Shown: positions 9,567 to 19,401 of the stretch, piece after piece
Layout: each line of letters starts with the position of its first letter
Numbering within the stretch: the first letter of the stretch is position 1
Assembly: GCA_947084965.1 (NCBI GenBank)
Contig: CAMTUG010000002.1
Coordinates: 15,434-79,433, forward strand
Direction: 5' to 3'
Source: an uncultured Parcubacteria group bacterium
Lineage (GTDB): Bacteria > Patescibacteriota > Patescibacteriia > UBA9934 > CAMTUG01
DNA: 64,000 nucleotides
The notes under the pieces: model-generated
The model's database searches: none
The model's input: the letters and a program-made list of their open reading frames with translations, nothing else
What the model was told of the DNA's origin: nothing
Position numbers and translations under genes: made by a program

Positions 9567-9639
9567 ACAAAAAGAGGCGCTAGGCCTCCTTGATGCGTTC
9601 ACTATACAACACCCCGCCGCTTGAGTACAATCCGTCCAT

Positions 9640-10095
9640 ATGCGAGACGTTCCTCAATACACTCCGCGAGAGCAGCAACCACGGCCAGAGATGGGCGTCT
9701 GGCGTACCGTTCCGCGCCTGCGCAAGGAGCAGGCCCCACCGGTCGAGCAGCCTAAACAGAAGCTCGAAGATCAGCCAACCTTTCAAACAGGGAAGGATTA
9801 TGTTGAACGGCTAAAGTATTTCGGCCCCCAGCTGCAGAAGGTCATAGAAGAAGGTAATGCCTTTGGCTTTGCTGACGGCACGGAGTTTCCGCTCGTGGAT
9901 AAGGCTCTTGCGGATTATATCCGCTCGATGCCTGGGGCAACGGACGGGGAAAAGGCGCGGGCCGTTGTGGAGAAGTGGAGCCAGGCGGTCGAAGACGCAC
10001 TTTCTAAGATTGACATGACCGTGTTGTCTCGTGACGATCGTGACACCGTAGAAGAGATGCGTTACGTCGCGGCTGATGCGCGGTTAGCTGCTTAA
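9640..10095 (+). CDS. Hypothetical protein
   Basis: 151-aa ORF after TACAAT, stop 3 nt before tsaD. Confidence 0.65.
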   Translation: MRDVPQYTPREQQPRPEMGVWRTVPRLRKEQAPPVEQPKQKLEDQPTFQTGKDYVERLKYFGPQLQKVIEEGNAFGFADGTEFPLVDKALADYIRSMPGATDGEKARAVVEKWSQAVEDALSKIDMTVLSRDDRDTVEEMRYVAADARLAA

Positions 10096-10098
10096 GGT

Positions 10099-11124
10099 AT
10101 GCGTATTTTTGGGATTGAATCGAGTTGTGATGAAACGGCGATGGCCCTGGTCGTGGGAGAAGGCGAGCGACTGACGGTCGAAAAGAGTTTGGTTGCTTCG
10201 CAGATGGAGTTACATAAAAAGTATGGCGGTGTGGTGCCAGAAGTTGCTGCACGTAAGCACGTGGAAACGATCATCCCGATGCTGCGTGAGATCGTGCCGC
10301 GCGACGGAGCGGAGATCGATGCCATTGCGGTGACTTACGGCCCCGGACTTGTGCCGGCGCTGCGTGTTGGGGTGGAATTAGCGCGCACCCTCTCGTTGTT
10401 GTGGAACAAACCGCTCGTTGAGGTCAATCATCTCGAGGGGCATATTTATTCTAATTGGTTGAGCGGCACAGCCGCGACATTCCCGGCACTGGTGTTGATT
10501 GTCAGTGGTGGGCACACAGAGATCGTGCACATGAAAAAGCACGGCGTCTATACGCTGATCGGTGAAACACGCGACGATGCCAGCGGCGAGGCGTTCGACA
10601 AGGTGGCCAAGATTCTCGGGCTTGGCTATCCGGGCGGACCGATCGTGAGTAAGATGGCGCTCGAGGGGGATGCTACGCGTTTTGATCTGCCGCGACCAAT
10701 GCTTGAAGCGAAAAATTTTGATTTTAGTTTTTCTGGATTGAAGACCGCTGTGCTGTATAGCTGGAACGGTTTGTCCAAGCGCGAACGGGCACGGAAGCAG
10801 ACGGTGAAAGATATGGCTGCGGGCTTTCAGGAAGCGGTCGTAGGGGTCCTTGTCGGAAAAATGACCAAGGCGATTGAACAGACAAAGCCAAAAGCGGTGA
10901 TGATCGCCGGTGGAGTTGCAGCGAACGCGGCGTTGCGCAACAAGCTTGGAGAGGTATTAAAAAAGCAGTTCCCAACGATTACGTATATCGTCCCGGAATT
11001 GAAGTACACGGGTGACAACGCGGCGATGATCGCGGCGGCCGGCTATTTCCGAGCTGTACAGAAGGATTTTGTTGATCCGTCGAATGTACAAGCTGACCCG
11101 AATCTTCGCCTTGCCAGTTTTTAG
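10099..11124 (+). CDS. tsaD: tRNA t6A synthesis protein TsaD
   Basis: GIESSCDET, GGVVPEVAARKH, VNHLEGH, SGGHT, GEAFDK, DNAAMIA. Confidence 0.97.
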   Translation: MRIFGIESSCDETAMALVVGEGERLTVEKSLVASQMELHKKYGGVVPEVAARKHVETIIPMLREIVPRDGAEIDAIAVTYGPGLVPALRVGVELARTLSLLWNKPLVEVNHLEGHIYSNWLSGTAATFPALVLIVSGGHTEIVHMKKHGVYTLIGETRDDASGEAFDKVAKILGLGYPGGPIVSKMALEGDATRFDLPRPMLEAKNFDFSFSGLKTAVLYSWNGLSKRERARKQTVKDMAAGFQEAVVGVLVGKMTKAIEQTKPKAVMIAGGVAANAALRNKLGEVLKKQFPTITYIVPELKYTGDNAAMIAAAGYFRAVQKDFVDPSNVQADPNLRLASF

Positions 11125-11125
11125 T

Positions 11126-11548
11126 ATGCAGAAGAACTACACGACCTATTCGCCAGAAGAGACCAAAGCCGTTGCGGCGGAACTCGCCTCCTTCTTAAAG
11201 GGTGGGGAGGAGATCGCTCTTGTGGGTGATTTGGGTGCAGGGAAGACGACGTTTGTGCAGGGGCTTGCTCAGGCGCTGGGTTCGCAAGCCAAGGTAAAGA
11301 GCCCGACGTTTACCCTTATGAATATCTATCCTGTTGTTCATCCAACGATCAAGCAGATCGCTCACCTCGATTATTATCGTTTGCAGGAGACGGGTGCTTC
11401 CGATCTCGGCCTGGATGAATACAAAACACCCGACACGGTGATTGTGTCGGAGTGGCCGATCGATGTTGCTCCCGGGAAGAACAAACTGTTTGTGCAACTT
11501 ACTGGGGGCAAGAACCCCAACGAGCGCTCGATCACAATCGAACGCTAA
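11126..11548 (+). CDS. tsaE: TsaE ATPase
   Basis: GDLGAGKTT, VKSPTFTL, HLDYYRL, EWP. Confidence 0.95.
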   Translation: MQKNYTTYSPEETKAVAAELASFLKGGEEIALVGDLGAGKTTFVQGLAQALGSQAKVKSPTFTLMNIYPVVHPTIKQIAHLDYYRLQETGASDLGLDEYKTPDTVIVSEWPIDVAPGKNKLFVQLTGGKNPNERSITIER

Positions 11549-13303
11549 TTACTCGGCTACGCGGAAGACTTCCTCGACCGTTGTTACTCCTTCGGCCGCT
11601 TTGAGTAGCCCGTCCTGGACCATCAGCACCATCCCTTGGGCTTTGGCGATGTCGCGCATCTGATATTCAGAAACACTGCCGGTTAACACCGTTTTTTCGA
11701 CTTCCGGGTTCATAAGCAGAAGCTCATAAATCCCCAGTCGGCCTTTGTAGCCGGTGTGGTTACAGATGTCGCACCCTTTGCCACGGTAAAATTTGAGGGT
11801 ATTGAGATCGACCACCTCGCCTGACGTTGGTGGAACGTCCGCAAGGACTGCTTTGACCTTCTCAAGCAGCTCGGGTTCCAGCGTCATCTCTTCTTTGCAT
11901 GCTTCGTGGATTTTACGCACCAGACGTTGACCGATAATCGCGTTTAAGGCCGGCGCGAGCAAGAACGGTTTCACTCCCATCGACAAGAAGCGCGGGATCG
12001 CACCGGCGGCATCGTTGGTGTGGATCGTCGAGAGCATCAAGTGACCGGTCAGCGCTGCTTGGATCGCGATTTCAGCCGTTTCTAAATCGCGGATTTCCCC
12101 GACCATCACGATGTCCGGATCCTGACGTAGAATCGAACGCAACCCTTTGGCAAAGGTATAGTCCTTGGTGTGATCAATCTGGCTCTGGTTGATCCCAGCA
12201 ACTTTATATTCGACCGGATCTTCAAGCGTGATGATCTTTACGTCTGCTTGGTTGAGTTTTTGGAGCACGGCATAGAGCGTTGTTGTTTTACCACTCCCTG
12301 TAGGCCCGGTGGTAATAATCATCCCGTGCGGTTTGTCGATCTCTTTTTTAAACTTCTCGTACATCTTCGGGCGGATCCCGAGTTTTTCCAGTTCGAGTTT
12401 GATCGCCCCTGACTCCAAAATACGCATCACGACTGATTCGCCGTAGGCGGTGGGGAGGGTAGAGGTACGGACGTCGACCTTCTCGTCTTTGAGGAAGATC
12501 GTAAATCGACCGTCTTGCGGTTTGTCGTTAATATTGATTTTGAGCCCGGCGATCAGCTTGATGCGGCTGATCACTTTTTTCCAGGCGGCCACAGGCAAGA
12601 GGGCGACATCTTGAAGCAAACCGTCCACACGCAGACGCACTTTGACTCCCGCCTCCTCCGCTTCGATGTGGATGTCGGAGGAGCCGAGTTCGAGCGCGGC
12701 GGCGATCACGATTGTCATCACGTCGGTCGTCGACGCCTCTTGCAAGAGTTTTTGAATCGTCGGGAAATCTTTGACCAAGGCGGTGTAGCGGGCCAACTCT
12801 TCATCCGTAATGCGCACCCCTTTGATGATCGCTTTGATTTTCGGCAAGGTGGCGTACAGACGAAACGCCGTTTCAAAACTGTGCTCCGTAATTTTATACA
12901 CCCCGGCCGACGCTTTATTGCGCTCGCCGAGCTGGTAGGCGAGCTCCTTCACTTTTGGATCATTCGGATTGACTGCACCGACTCGCAGTTCGGGGCCAGT
13001 GAACAAAAAACAGACCGCTTTTAATTCCTGCGCCTGTTCTTCTGGAATCATGCTAATGGCGTCCGGTGAAATCGGGAAGCCGACCAGATTGACGTGGCTG
13101 ATCCCAAGCTGTTCTGCTTCGGCTTTGGCCAGTCGTTCAAGTTCAGCAAGATGAATCGACTCCATCGTCGATTCAAAACGTTCCGCCGTTGTTGGATCTT
13201 TTGGCGGTGCGGCCGGTGCATCCGTGGCTCCAGGTTTTTGAACCACAGGTGCCGCAGGTTTCTTTTTGAGGAGATCCTCAATGGAGGGGAGACCAGAATT
13301 CAC
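11549..13303 (-). CDS. pilB: Type IV pilus assembly ATPase PilB/GspE family
   Basis: SDIHIE, PQDGR, GPTGSGKTTT, LRQDPD, GEIRD, TGHL. Confidence 0.9.
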   Translation of the reverse strand: MNSGLPSIEDLLKKKPAAPVVQKPGATDAPAAPPKDPTTAERFESTMESIHLAELERLAKAEAEQLGISHVNLVGFPISPDAISMIPEEQAQELKAVCFLFTGPELRVGAVNPNDPKVKELAYQLGERNKASAGVYKITEHSFETAFRLYATLPKIKAIIKGVRITDEELARYTALVKDFPTIQKLLQEASTTDVMTIVIAAALELGSSDIHIEAEEAGVKVRLRVDGLLQDVALLPVAAWKKVISRIKLIAGLKININDKPQDGRFTIFLKDEKVDVRTSTLPTAYGESVVMRILESGAIKLELEKLGIRPKMYEKFKKEIDKPHGMIITTGPTGSGKTTTLYAVLQKLNQADVKIITLEDPVEYKVAGINQSQIDHTKDYTFAKGLRSILRQDPDIVMVGEIRDLETAEIAIQAALTGHLMLSTIHTNDAAGAIPRFLSMGVKPFLLAPALNAIIGQRLVRKIHEACKEEMTLEPELLEKVKAVLADVPPTSGEVVDLNTLKFYRGKGCDICNHTGYKGRLGIYELLLMNPEVEKTVLTGSVSEYQMRDIAKAQGMVLMVQDGLLKAAEGVTTVEEVFRVAE

Positions 13304-13305
13304 AC

Positions 13306-14289
13306 CTAATTAGAGAAGAGACGTTGGATTTTTGAGAGGATCGTTGTGCGGCCGGAAAACTTTTTATAAACTCCGACCCAGACCGCGTAGCTAAAGACTG
13401 TGGAAAAGCCCATGAAGGCGACGATGATCAGGAAGACGCCGAGCGTTCCGGCCAGGGTAACCCCGACCCAGAGTGGTCCAGAGGCAAGAAAGAGCGTGCC
13501 AGTAAAAATCAGCAGATACGGAACGGCAAAGAGGAGGATGGCTAGGATCATCGTTCCTGAGATCACCATGTTGGCAGCGAAGAGGAGGATGGCGATTTCG
13601 CTCACCGCGAGGAGGTGACGCTTGAGGACGTGCCAGGCGTCCATGATGCTTACAAAGACCGGCTTCTCTTTGAGGGATACTTCGACGGTGGCGAAGATCG
13701 AGAGGTAACTGACGAGAAGCGTTGCTGGGACGAAGAGGAGAAGAACGGCGATGTCTCCAAGGACGGTTTTTGTCACGTCGCTGCTGGCGACGGTTGCGAA
13801 GAGCACACCAGCGACGGCGATCGCGATCGTCATCGTCAGCCGACCGAGGATGTTGATCGTGAAGAGATGGGCAAGAACGTGATGGCCGTGGCGGAACAGA
13901 CTTGGTAGGTGCAGTTTCCGTTTCGGCTTGGCATGTTTGATCGCGTGGATCAAGGCGTCCTGGCAGGCGACGGAGAGGTAGAGCACAGCGATCCCTAGAG
14001 CCGAGAGGATGAGGACCGTCCAGAGTATGCGGGCGTCGCTCGTCTGTGACGTTTTTTCCGCAAACGTCGCCAAGGTTTGTGCTCCCGGGATACTCAGACG
14101 GAAGAGTCCTGGGATGAGGTCGGGCCCGAGGACTACTGTCTCTGTACGCTTAAGTGCGGTAAAGAGCACGTCGATGACTCCACCGGTGTTCAAGATTCCA
14201 GCAAAGACCCCAAGGAACCACAACTTTTTGTGCCCCCATGCGGTCTGCCACGCCTGTAAAAAAATCGAACGATACACCGGTTTGTTCAT
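13306..14289 (-). CDS. Integral membrane protein
   Basis: AWQTAW.HK.LWFLGVFA start and 6-7 TM segments. Confidence 0.7.
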   Translation of the reverse strand: MNKPVYRSIFLQAWQTAWGHKKLWFLGVFAGILNTGGVIDVLFTALKRTETVVLGPDLIPGLFRLSIPGAQTLATFAEKTSQTSDARILWTVLILSALGIAVLYLSVACQDALIHAIKHAKPKRKLHLPSLFRHGHHVLAHLFTINILGRLTMTIAIAVAGVLFATVASSDVTKTVLGDIAVLLLFVPATLLVSYLSIFATVEVSLKEKPVFVSIMDAWHVLKRHLLAVSEIAILLFAANMVISGTMILAILLFAVPYLLIFTGTLFLASGPLWVGVTLAGTLGVFLIIVAFMGFSTVFSYAVWVGVYKKFSGRTTILSKIQRLFSN

Positions 14290-14376
14290 ATCCTCCTTAA
14301 CGCTATTCAAACAATCAGGGACGGTCATTGCCGCGCTGAGCGCGGGCTTTTTGACCGTCCCTGTATTTTACTCGTT

Positions 14377-16212
14377 TTATCCTCGTTCCTGCAAATTATG
14401 TCGTTCCTCGAAGAGCGCTTCGAACGCCTCTTTTTCAATCGTTTCTTTTTCGAGGAGCTCTTTGGCGATCGCGTCGAGCTTATGGCGCTTTTCCGTAATC
14501 ACCCGTTTTGCGGTCGCCATCGCGTCGTTGACCATCTGGGTTACCTCTTCGTCGATCATCTCCGCGAATTTTTCTGAGTAGTCACGTTGTTCATGGATGT
14601 CGCGGCCCAAGAAGACCATCTCTTCGCGCGAGCCAAAGGTGCGCGGTCCGAGTTTTTCGCTCATGCCGTACTTGGTGACAAGTTCGCGAGCGGTGGCGGT
14701 GGCCCTTCGCAAATCATCGGAGGCGCCGGTCGTCATGTCGCCAAAGACAATCTTTTCTGAAGTGTACCCACCGAGCATTACAGCCATGTCATCAATAAAC
14801 TCTGCGCGCAGGTGCATTTTTTTGTCCTCGATCGGCAGCTTCATCGTGTACCCCGCAGCGCGCCCGCGAGAGATAATCGAGATTTTGTGCACCGGATCGG
14901 CGTGGGGGAGTTCGTGGGCAACTAAGGCGTGGCCAGCTTCGTGGTAGGCGGTGACGTTCCGTTCCTTGTCGGACAAAAGATGGCTCTTGCGTTCCGGCCC
15001 CAAGATCACTTTTTCGATCGATTCTAATACCTCGGCTTGATTGATAATTTTTTTGTTGCGACGGGCAGCAAGGATCGCCGCTTCGTTCAGTAAGTTCATG
15101 AGGTCAGCTCCAGAGAATCCGACCGTACGCTCGGCCACGCGGCGTAAGTCTACATCTTTATCGAGCGGTTTGTTGGCGGCATGAATTTCGAGGATGGCCT
15201 GACGGTCCCTGATGTCTGGGGCGTCGAGCATCACTCGGCGATCAAAACGCCCTGGGCGCAAAAGGGCTGGATCAAGCACGTCTGGGCGGTTGGTGGCAGC
15301 CATCACAATGACACCAAGGTTCGGGTCAAAGCCGTCCATCTCGACCAAGATTTGGTTCAAGGTCTGTTCGCGTTCATCGTGCCCACCGCCAAGTCCAGCA
15401 CCGCGCTGGCGACCAACGGCGTCGATTTCATCGATGAAGATAATGCAGGGGGCGCTCTTTTTGGCTTTGGAAAAGAGGTCGCGTACGCGGCTGGCACCGA
15501 CACCGACGAACATCTCTACAAATTCCGATCCAGAGATGTGAAAGAACGGGACGTTCGCTTCACCAGCAACAGCACGGGCGAGGAGTGTCTTTCCTGTCCC
15601 TGGAGATCCCATCAGCAATACACCCTTTGGAATTTTGGCTCCCAGATCGGCGAACTTTTTCGGGTCGCGCAAGAACTCGACGATCTCCATCAATTCCTCC
15701 TTTGCTTCTTTGACCCCCGCAACGTCCTTGAACGTCAGTTTATTTTTGGAAGGATCGTTTTCGCGGGCGCTCGATTGACCAAAGGTCATCGCTTTGTTGT
15801 TCGCCCCTTGCAGTTGGCGGAACATGAAGAAGAAGATGATCACGAGGATGATAAGCGGTAAGAGCGATGGGAGGATCGTATGCAACAAGTAGTCGGTGCT
15901 GGTCGGCCCTTTGACTTCGACTTTTAATTGCGAGAGTTCTTCTGTAGTGACCCCGTAGGAGGTGAGCAGATCGCTCATCGCTTGGTCGCTCTCTTTGACC
16001 GTGCTCAGTTCGCGGCCATCTTTTAAGAAGGCGCTGACCTTATCATCGCGCACTTCGATCCGTTCGACCTGTCCGCCGTGGATCTCTTCAACCATGCGGT
16101 TGACGGTGACCTCTTCTGGTTTGGTGGTATCAACACGGTATGTCGAGAAGATCGCGCCAATGGCGAGAAGGGCGATCAAAAAGACGACAATATTTTTTGA
16201 GAGTGGTTTCAT
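14377..16212 (-). CDS. ftsH: ATP-dependent Zn metalloprotease FtsH
   Basis: Two TMs, [30 protein letters not shown]. Confidence 0.98.
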   Translation of the reverse strand: MKPLSKNIVVFLIALLAIGAIFSTYRVDTTKPEEVTVNRMVEEIHGGQVERIEVRDDKVSAFLKDGRELSTVKESDQAMSDLLTSYGVTTEELSQLKVEVKGPTSTDYLLHTILPSLLPLIILVIIFFFMFRQLQGANNKAMTFGQSSARENDPSKNKLTFKDVAGVKEAKEELMEIVEFLRDPKKFADLGAKIPKGVLLMGSPGTGKTLLARAVAGEANVPFFHISGSEFVEMFVGVGASRVRDLFSKAKKSAPCIIFIDEIDAVGRQRGAGLGGGHDEREQTLNQILVEMDGFDPNLGVIVMAATNRPDVLDPALLRPGRFDRRVMLDAPDIRDRQAILEIHAANKPLDKDVDLRRVAERTVGFSGADLMNLLNEAAILAARRNKKIINQAEVLESIEKVILGPERKSHLLSDKERNVTAYHEAGHALVAHELPHADPVHKISIISRGRAAGYTMKLPIEDKKMHLRAEFIDDMAVMLGGYTSEKIVFGDMTTGASDDLRRATATARELVTKYGMSEKLGPRTFGSREEMVFLGRDIHEQRDYSEKFAEMIDEEVTQMVNDAMATAKRVITEKRHKLDAIAKELLEKETIEKEAFEALFEERHNLQERG

Positions 16213-16269
16213 AGGTGATCAGGATTATAGCACAGGGGCGGGGTTTGCACCCCGCCCACTGTTTGATCT

Positions 16270-17373
16270 TTATGCTTTTGCTTCCTCTTTTTTCTCTTCT
16301 TTCGACGGTGTTTTAAGAGAGAGGCCGAGGCGGTGTTCGTTCGGTTCGATCGAGACGATGCGGAACTTCATGGTGTCGCCGATCGTTCCGAGTTTGGTGA
16401 TGTCATCGACTGGGGTGTCGGAGAGTTCGCTGACGTGGGCCAGGCCGTGAATGTCCTGGTCGAGTTCGACGAAGAAGCCGAATGGGTTGATCTTCAAGAC
16501 CTTCCCCTCGACCATGTCGCCGACTTTGTACTTGGCGGCCACATCGCGCCACGGGTCGGCCATCAATTTCTTCATCGAGAGGAAAATCTTCGATCCTTCA
16601 ATGCCGATCACTTCGGCTTTGACCGTTTCACCGACTTTGACCACATCGCGCGGGTGGTCGATGCGCTGCCAAGCAAGTTCAGAGATGTGCACCAACCCTT
16701 CGAGGGAGTCGAATTTGACGAAGGCACCGAAGTCGGCCACGGCGGTCACTTCGCCTTCGATCACGTCACCTACTTTGTGTTTGGCGATCACGTGGCGCTG
16801 GCGTTCTTCCCAGAGCGCCTTTTCCGAGACGATCAATTTGTTCTCTGCTTCGTTGACGTCGAACGCTTTGACTTCCATCACTTCACCGACGTACGACTTC
16901 AACTTTTCCAAAATCTTCGACTTGTCGCCACCAGAGACGCGCGGGTAGTGGTCTGGAGCTAACTGTGAAACTGGCAAGAAGCCGTTGACGTGTTCGAGCT
17001 GGACGATAAGTCCGCCCTTGTTGGCGTCCAGAATGGTAACTTTGGTCGGCTCGCCGCTGGTGAACAGGCGGCGGAGTTCTTCCCAGGCCTTCTTTTGTCC
17101 AGCAAAACGGAAGGAAAGTTCCATTTCCCCGTTCTCGTTTTCAAGTTCAATGACGGTCGCTTCGACCTCTTCTCCCGGCTTCAACCCTTGGTATTCCTTG
17201 GATTCGGAATAAATTTCCTTCCCGCGGATAACCCCGATCTTGACCCCTTCGATGTCCACGCGGACTTCGCGACGGCCGACCGAGATGATCTGACCATGGA
17301 CTGGATCGCCAACCTTAGCGATTTTTAAGTAGGATCCGTCGTCCACGAGCTCGGTAAACGTTTTGTTTGCCAT
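16270..17373 (-). CDS. rpsA: 30S ribosomal protein S1 (four S1 domains)
   Basis: GFLPVSQ, FGAFV, GLVHISEL, GLAHVSEL repeats. Confidence 0.92.
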   Translation of the reverse strand: MANKTFTELVDDGSYLKIAKVGDPVHGQIISVGRREVRVDIEGVKIGVIRGKEIYSESKEYQGLKPGEEVEATVIELENENGEMELSFRFAGQKKAWEELRRLFTSGEPTKVTILDANKGGLIVQLEHVNGFLPVSQLAPDHYPRVSGGDKSKILEKLKSYVGEVMEVKAFDVNEAENKLIVSEKALWEERQRHVIAKHKVGDVIEGEVTAVADFGAFVKFDSLEGLVHISELAWQRIDHPRDVVKVGETVKAEVIGIEGSKIFLSMKKLMADPWRDVAAKYKVGDMVEGKVLKINPFGFFVELDQDIHGLAHVSELSDTPVDDITKLGTIGDTMKFRIVSIEPNEHRLGLSLKTPSKEEKKEEAKA

Positions 17374-17503
17374 AACGATGTGCCTGACATTAGGCTCCCG
17401 AGAGGGAGGGAACGTCAGGGACTAAGAATTAATAAGTAGCAGGATCTTAGCGGAAAGAGTGTTTCTTGGCAAGCCGGGGGCGAGGGGGTACTATGACTTC
17501 ACT

Positions 17504-18181
17504 ATGCCCCACAAACATCAAGCGATTTTGGACGAGTTCGGGTACGCGATTCGCCATTTGGTGCCAACGGTACCGAAAGAAGTGGTTGAAGAGGCCAAAA
17601 CGCTGCATTCTGAGCTTTTGGCAAACCCTGAGGCAACCGCGGAACAGGTTCTGGCGGCGATGGTGAAGATCGGTAAGGCCGAATTCCCCCACCGTCGGGC
17701 GTTTCACGATTTGGCGGGCGAGGTGTCCGAAGCCCATCGTTTGGAGTTAGTTCTCGAGCATCTTGAGCCGAACGTCAGAGAGAAGGTACAAACGTATTTG
17801 AATTCGGGGGTGAAGTTGGAAGAATTCGTAAAGAGTTCGATGTTTGAATTGGAACTGACGGCCGAGGAGCGCTATCAGGTCGAAGACGGGATCATGCACG
17901 CCGAAGATCATATTAAGGAAGAAGCGCCGGCCAAAGTCGAAGAGAAGCGCGCGGAATACGATAAACGTGTTACGGCGTGGAAGGAAAAGCAGGCGGTAAT
18001 GGAAGCGAAGATTGAAGAGTTGCGCGCATTGGCTAATAAAGACGCAAAGTGGAAAGAGGAAATCCTAGACAAAGTTAAAACGATGGAAGAGGGCTGGAGC
18101 GTGACGGAGCGTGATCCGGATCCGATCGAAATTGAAAAAGAGATCGAGTACTGGAAGGGGACGATGGGTGACGAAGGATAG
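17504..18181 (+). CDS. Hypothetical helical/coiled-coil protein
   Basis: E/K-rich ORF, ATG just after TACTAT, hairpin after stop. Confidence 0.7.
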   Translation: MPHKHQAILDEFGYAIRHLVPTVPKEVVEEAKTLHSELLANPEATAEQVLAAMVKIGKAEFPHRRAFHDLAGEVSEAHRLELVLEHLEPNVREKVQTYLNSGVKLEEFVKSSMFELELTAEERYQVEDGIMHAEDHIKEEAPAKVEEKRAEYDKRVTAWKEKQAVMEAKIEELRALANKDAKWKEEILDKVKTMEEGWSVTERDPDPIEIEKEIEYWKGTMGDEG

Positions 18182-18282
18182 AGGGGCGAGCTCGGGGATA
18201 GCCCCGAGCTTTTGCCTTGTTTCTACCTTGCTCATGAAGGCTCCTCCGTGGTACGATTGTTCCGCAAAATACACGCGCGCTT

Positions 18283-18924
18283 ATGCAGATTTCTTGGCAC
18301 GGACTGAACTGTTTTACGATCACGACAACGACCGGGAGCGGAGAGGTGACGGTGGTAGTGGACCCGTATCAATCAGACGTCGGGTTGAAGGTGTCGCGGG
18401 CGATGACCGCGGATTTGGTCGTTGTCTCCCATGACGGTGAAGACGCCAATAACACAGAAGCGGTCGGGGGCAACCCGTTCATCATCGACATGCCGGGTGA
18501 ATACGAGGTCAAAGGGGTCTTTGTCGGGGCCCAAGCATACAACAAGGAGGGCGAGAAAAAGCCGCATCGCATTCTCCATATTGAATCTGAAGGGATCTCG
18601 ATCGCTCACTTGGGGGACATCAATCGCGAATTGACCGACAAGGAATTGGAGACCTTGTCGAATGTCGACATCTTGCTTCTTCCCGTCGGTGGTGGTCGAT
18701 ATCTTTCTCCGAAGATGGCGACCGAAGTATTGGGTGCGATCGAACCGAGGATCGTGATCCCCTATGCCTACGACGTTGATGGGATTAAAGAAACGCTTGA
18801 ATCTCTCGACGCCTTTTGTAAGGCGCTCGGTGTTTGCAAGCGTGAGGATGTCAACAAACTAAAGATCGCCCGTAAGAACTTACCAGAAGAAGAGATGATG
18901 ATTTACGTCCTGGCCAAAGATTAG
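18283..18924 (+). CDS. MBL-fold metallo-hydrolase (Lactamase_B_3-like)
   Basis: ISWHG..CF, DPY, PGEYEVKG, HLGD, DILLLPVGG, PRIVIP. Confidence 0.85.
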   Translation: MQISWHGLNCFTITTTTGSGEVTVVVDPYQSDVGLKVSRAMTADLVVVSHDGEDANNTEAVGGNPFIIDMPGEYEVKGVFVGAQAYNKEGEKKPHRILHIESEGISIAHLGDINRELTDKELETLSNVDILLLPVGGGRYLSPKMATEVLGAIEPRIVIPYAYDVDGIKETLESLDAFCKALGVCKREDVNKLKIARKNLPEEEMMIYVLAKD

Positions 18925-18927
18925 CGT

Positions 18928-19401
18928 ATGTCCTACTCGAGGATCCAAGCTCAGGCATTCAGCGAAGCGAACGGCGATCTGCCGAACGCCAACGTTGAGC
19001 GCTCCGAGCGTGAGATCGTCGTCCCGGTGCATCAGACGCATCCGCATGCCAAGCGCTGGTTCATCGGACTTTCGGTGGTGACCATTGCGGCGGTCTTCGG
19101 TGGGTGGTTCGTCTTCTTGCGTGGTCAGCTCCATAACTTGGTGCGAGCCGTACCGGCCACAGCGCAGTCGTTTGACTTTCTGGGGGAAGCGGCCGGAAAT
19201 GTACAGGTGATCGGGAGCGATACCTTTGCCGAGGCTGAAGCGGGTTTGGCACCGGAAACGCAAGCGGTTCTCCATGAGCTTCAGGTCGCCACCGAACGCA
19301 CGATGATGATCGGGAATGTCCTTGATTCCGTGACTGAACAGATCAATGCAGAAACGTATGCAGAAGAAGAGAAAAATCCAACAACCGAAATTACAGACTA
19401 G
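18928..19401 (+). CDS. Single-TM hypothetical protein
   Basis: 157-aa ORF with one hydrophobic helix, between MBL gene and gyrA. Confidence 0.55.
   Translation: MSYSRIQAQAFSEANGDLPNANVERSEREIVVPVHQTHPHAKRWFIGLSVVTIAAVFGGWFVFLRGQLHNLVRAVPATAQSFDFLGEAAGNVQVIGSDTFAEAEAGLAPETQAVLHELQVATERTMMIGNVLDSVTEQINAETYAEEEKNPTTEITD

Noticed and set aside
4494-10095. Prophage or genomic island at tRNA-Glu
   Set aside because: The att-like repeat is only 156 bp away and no integrase or phage core genes are present
19346-19401. Programmed frameshift or fusion between the upstream TM gene and gyrA
   Set aside because: A simple overlap from ATG 19358 gives a complete GyrA; no evidence requiring recoding
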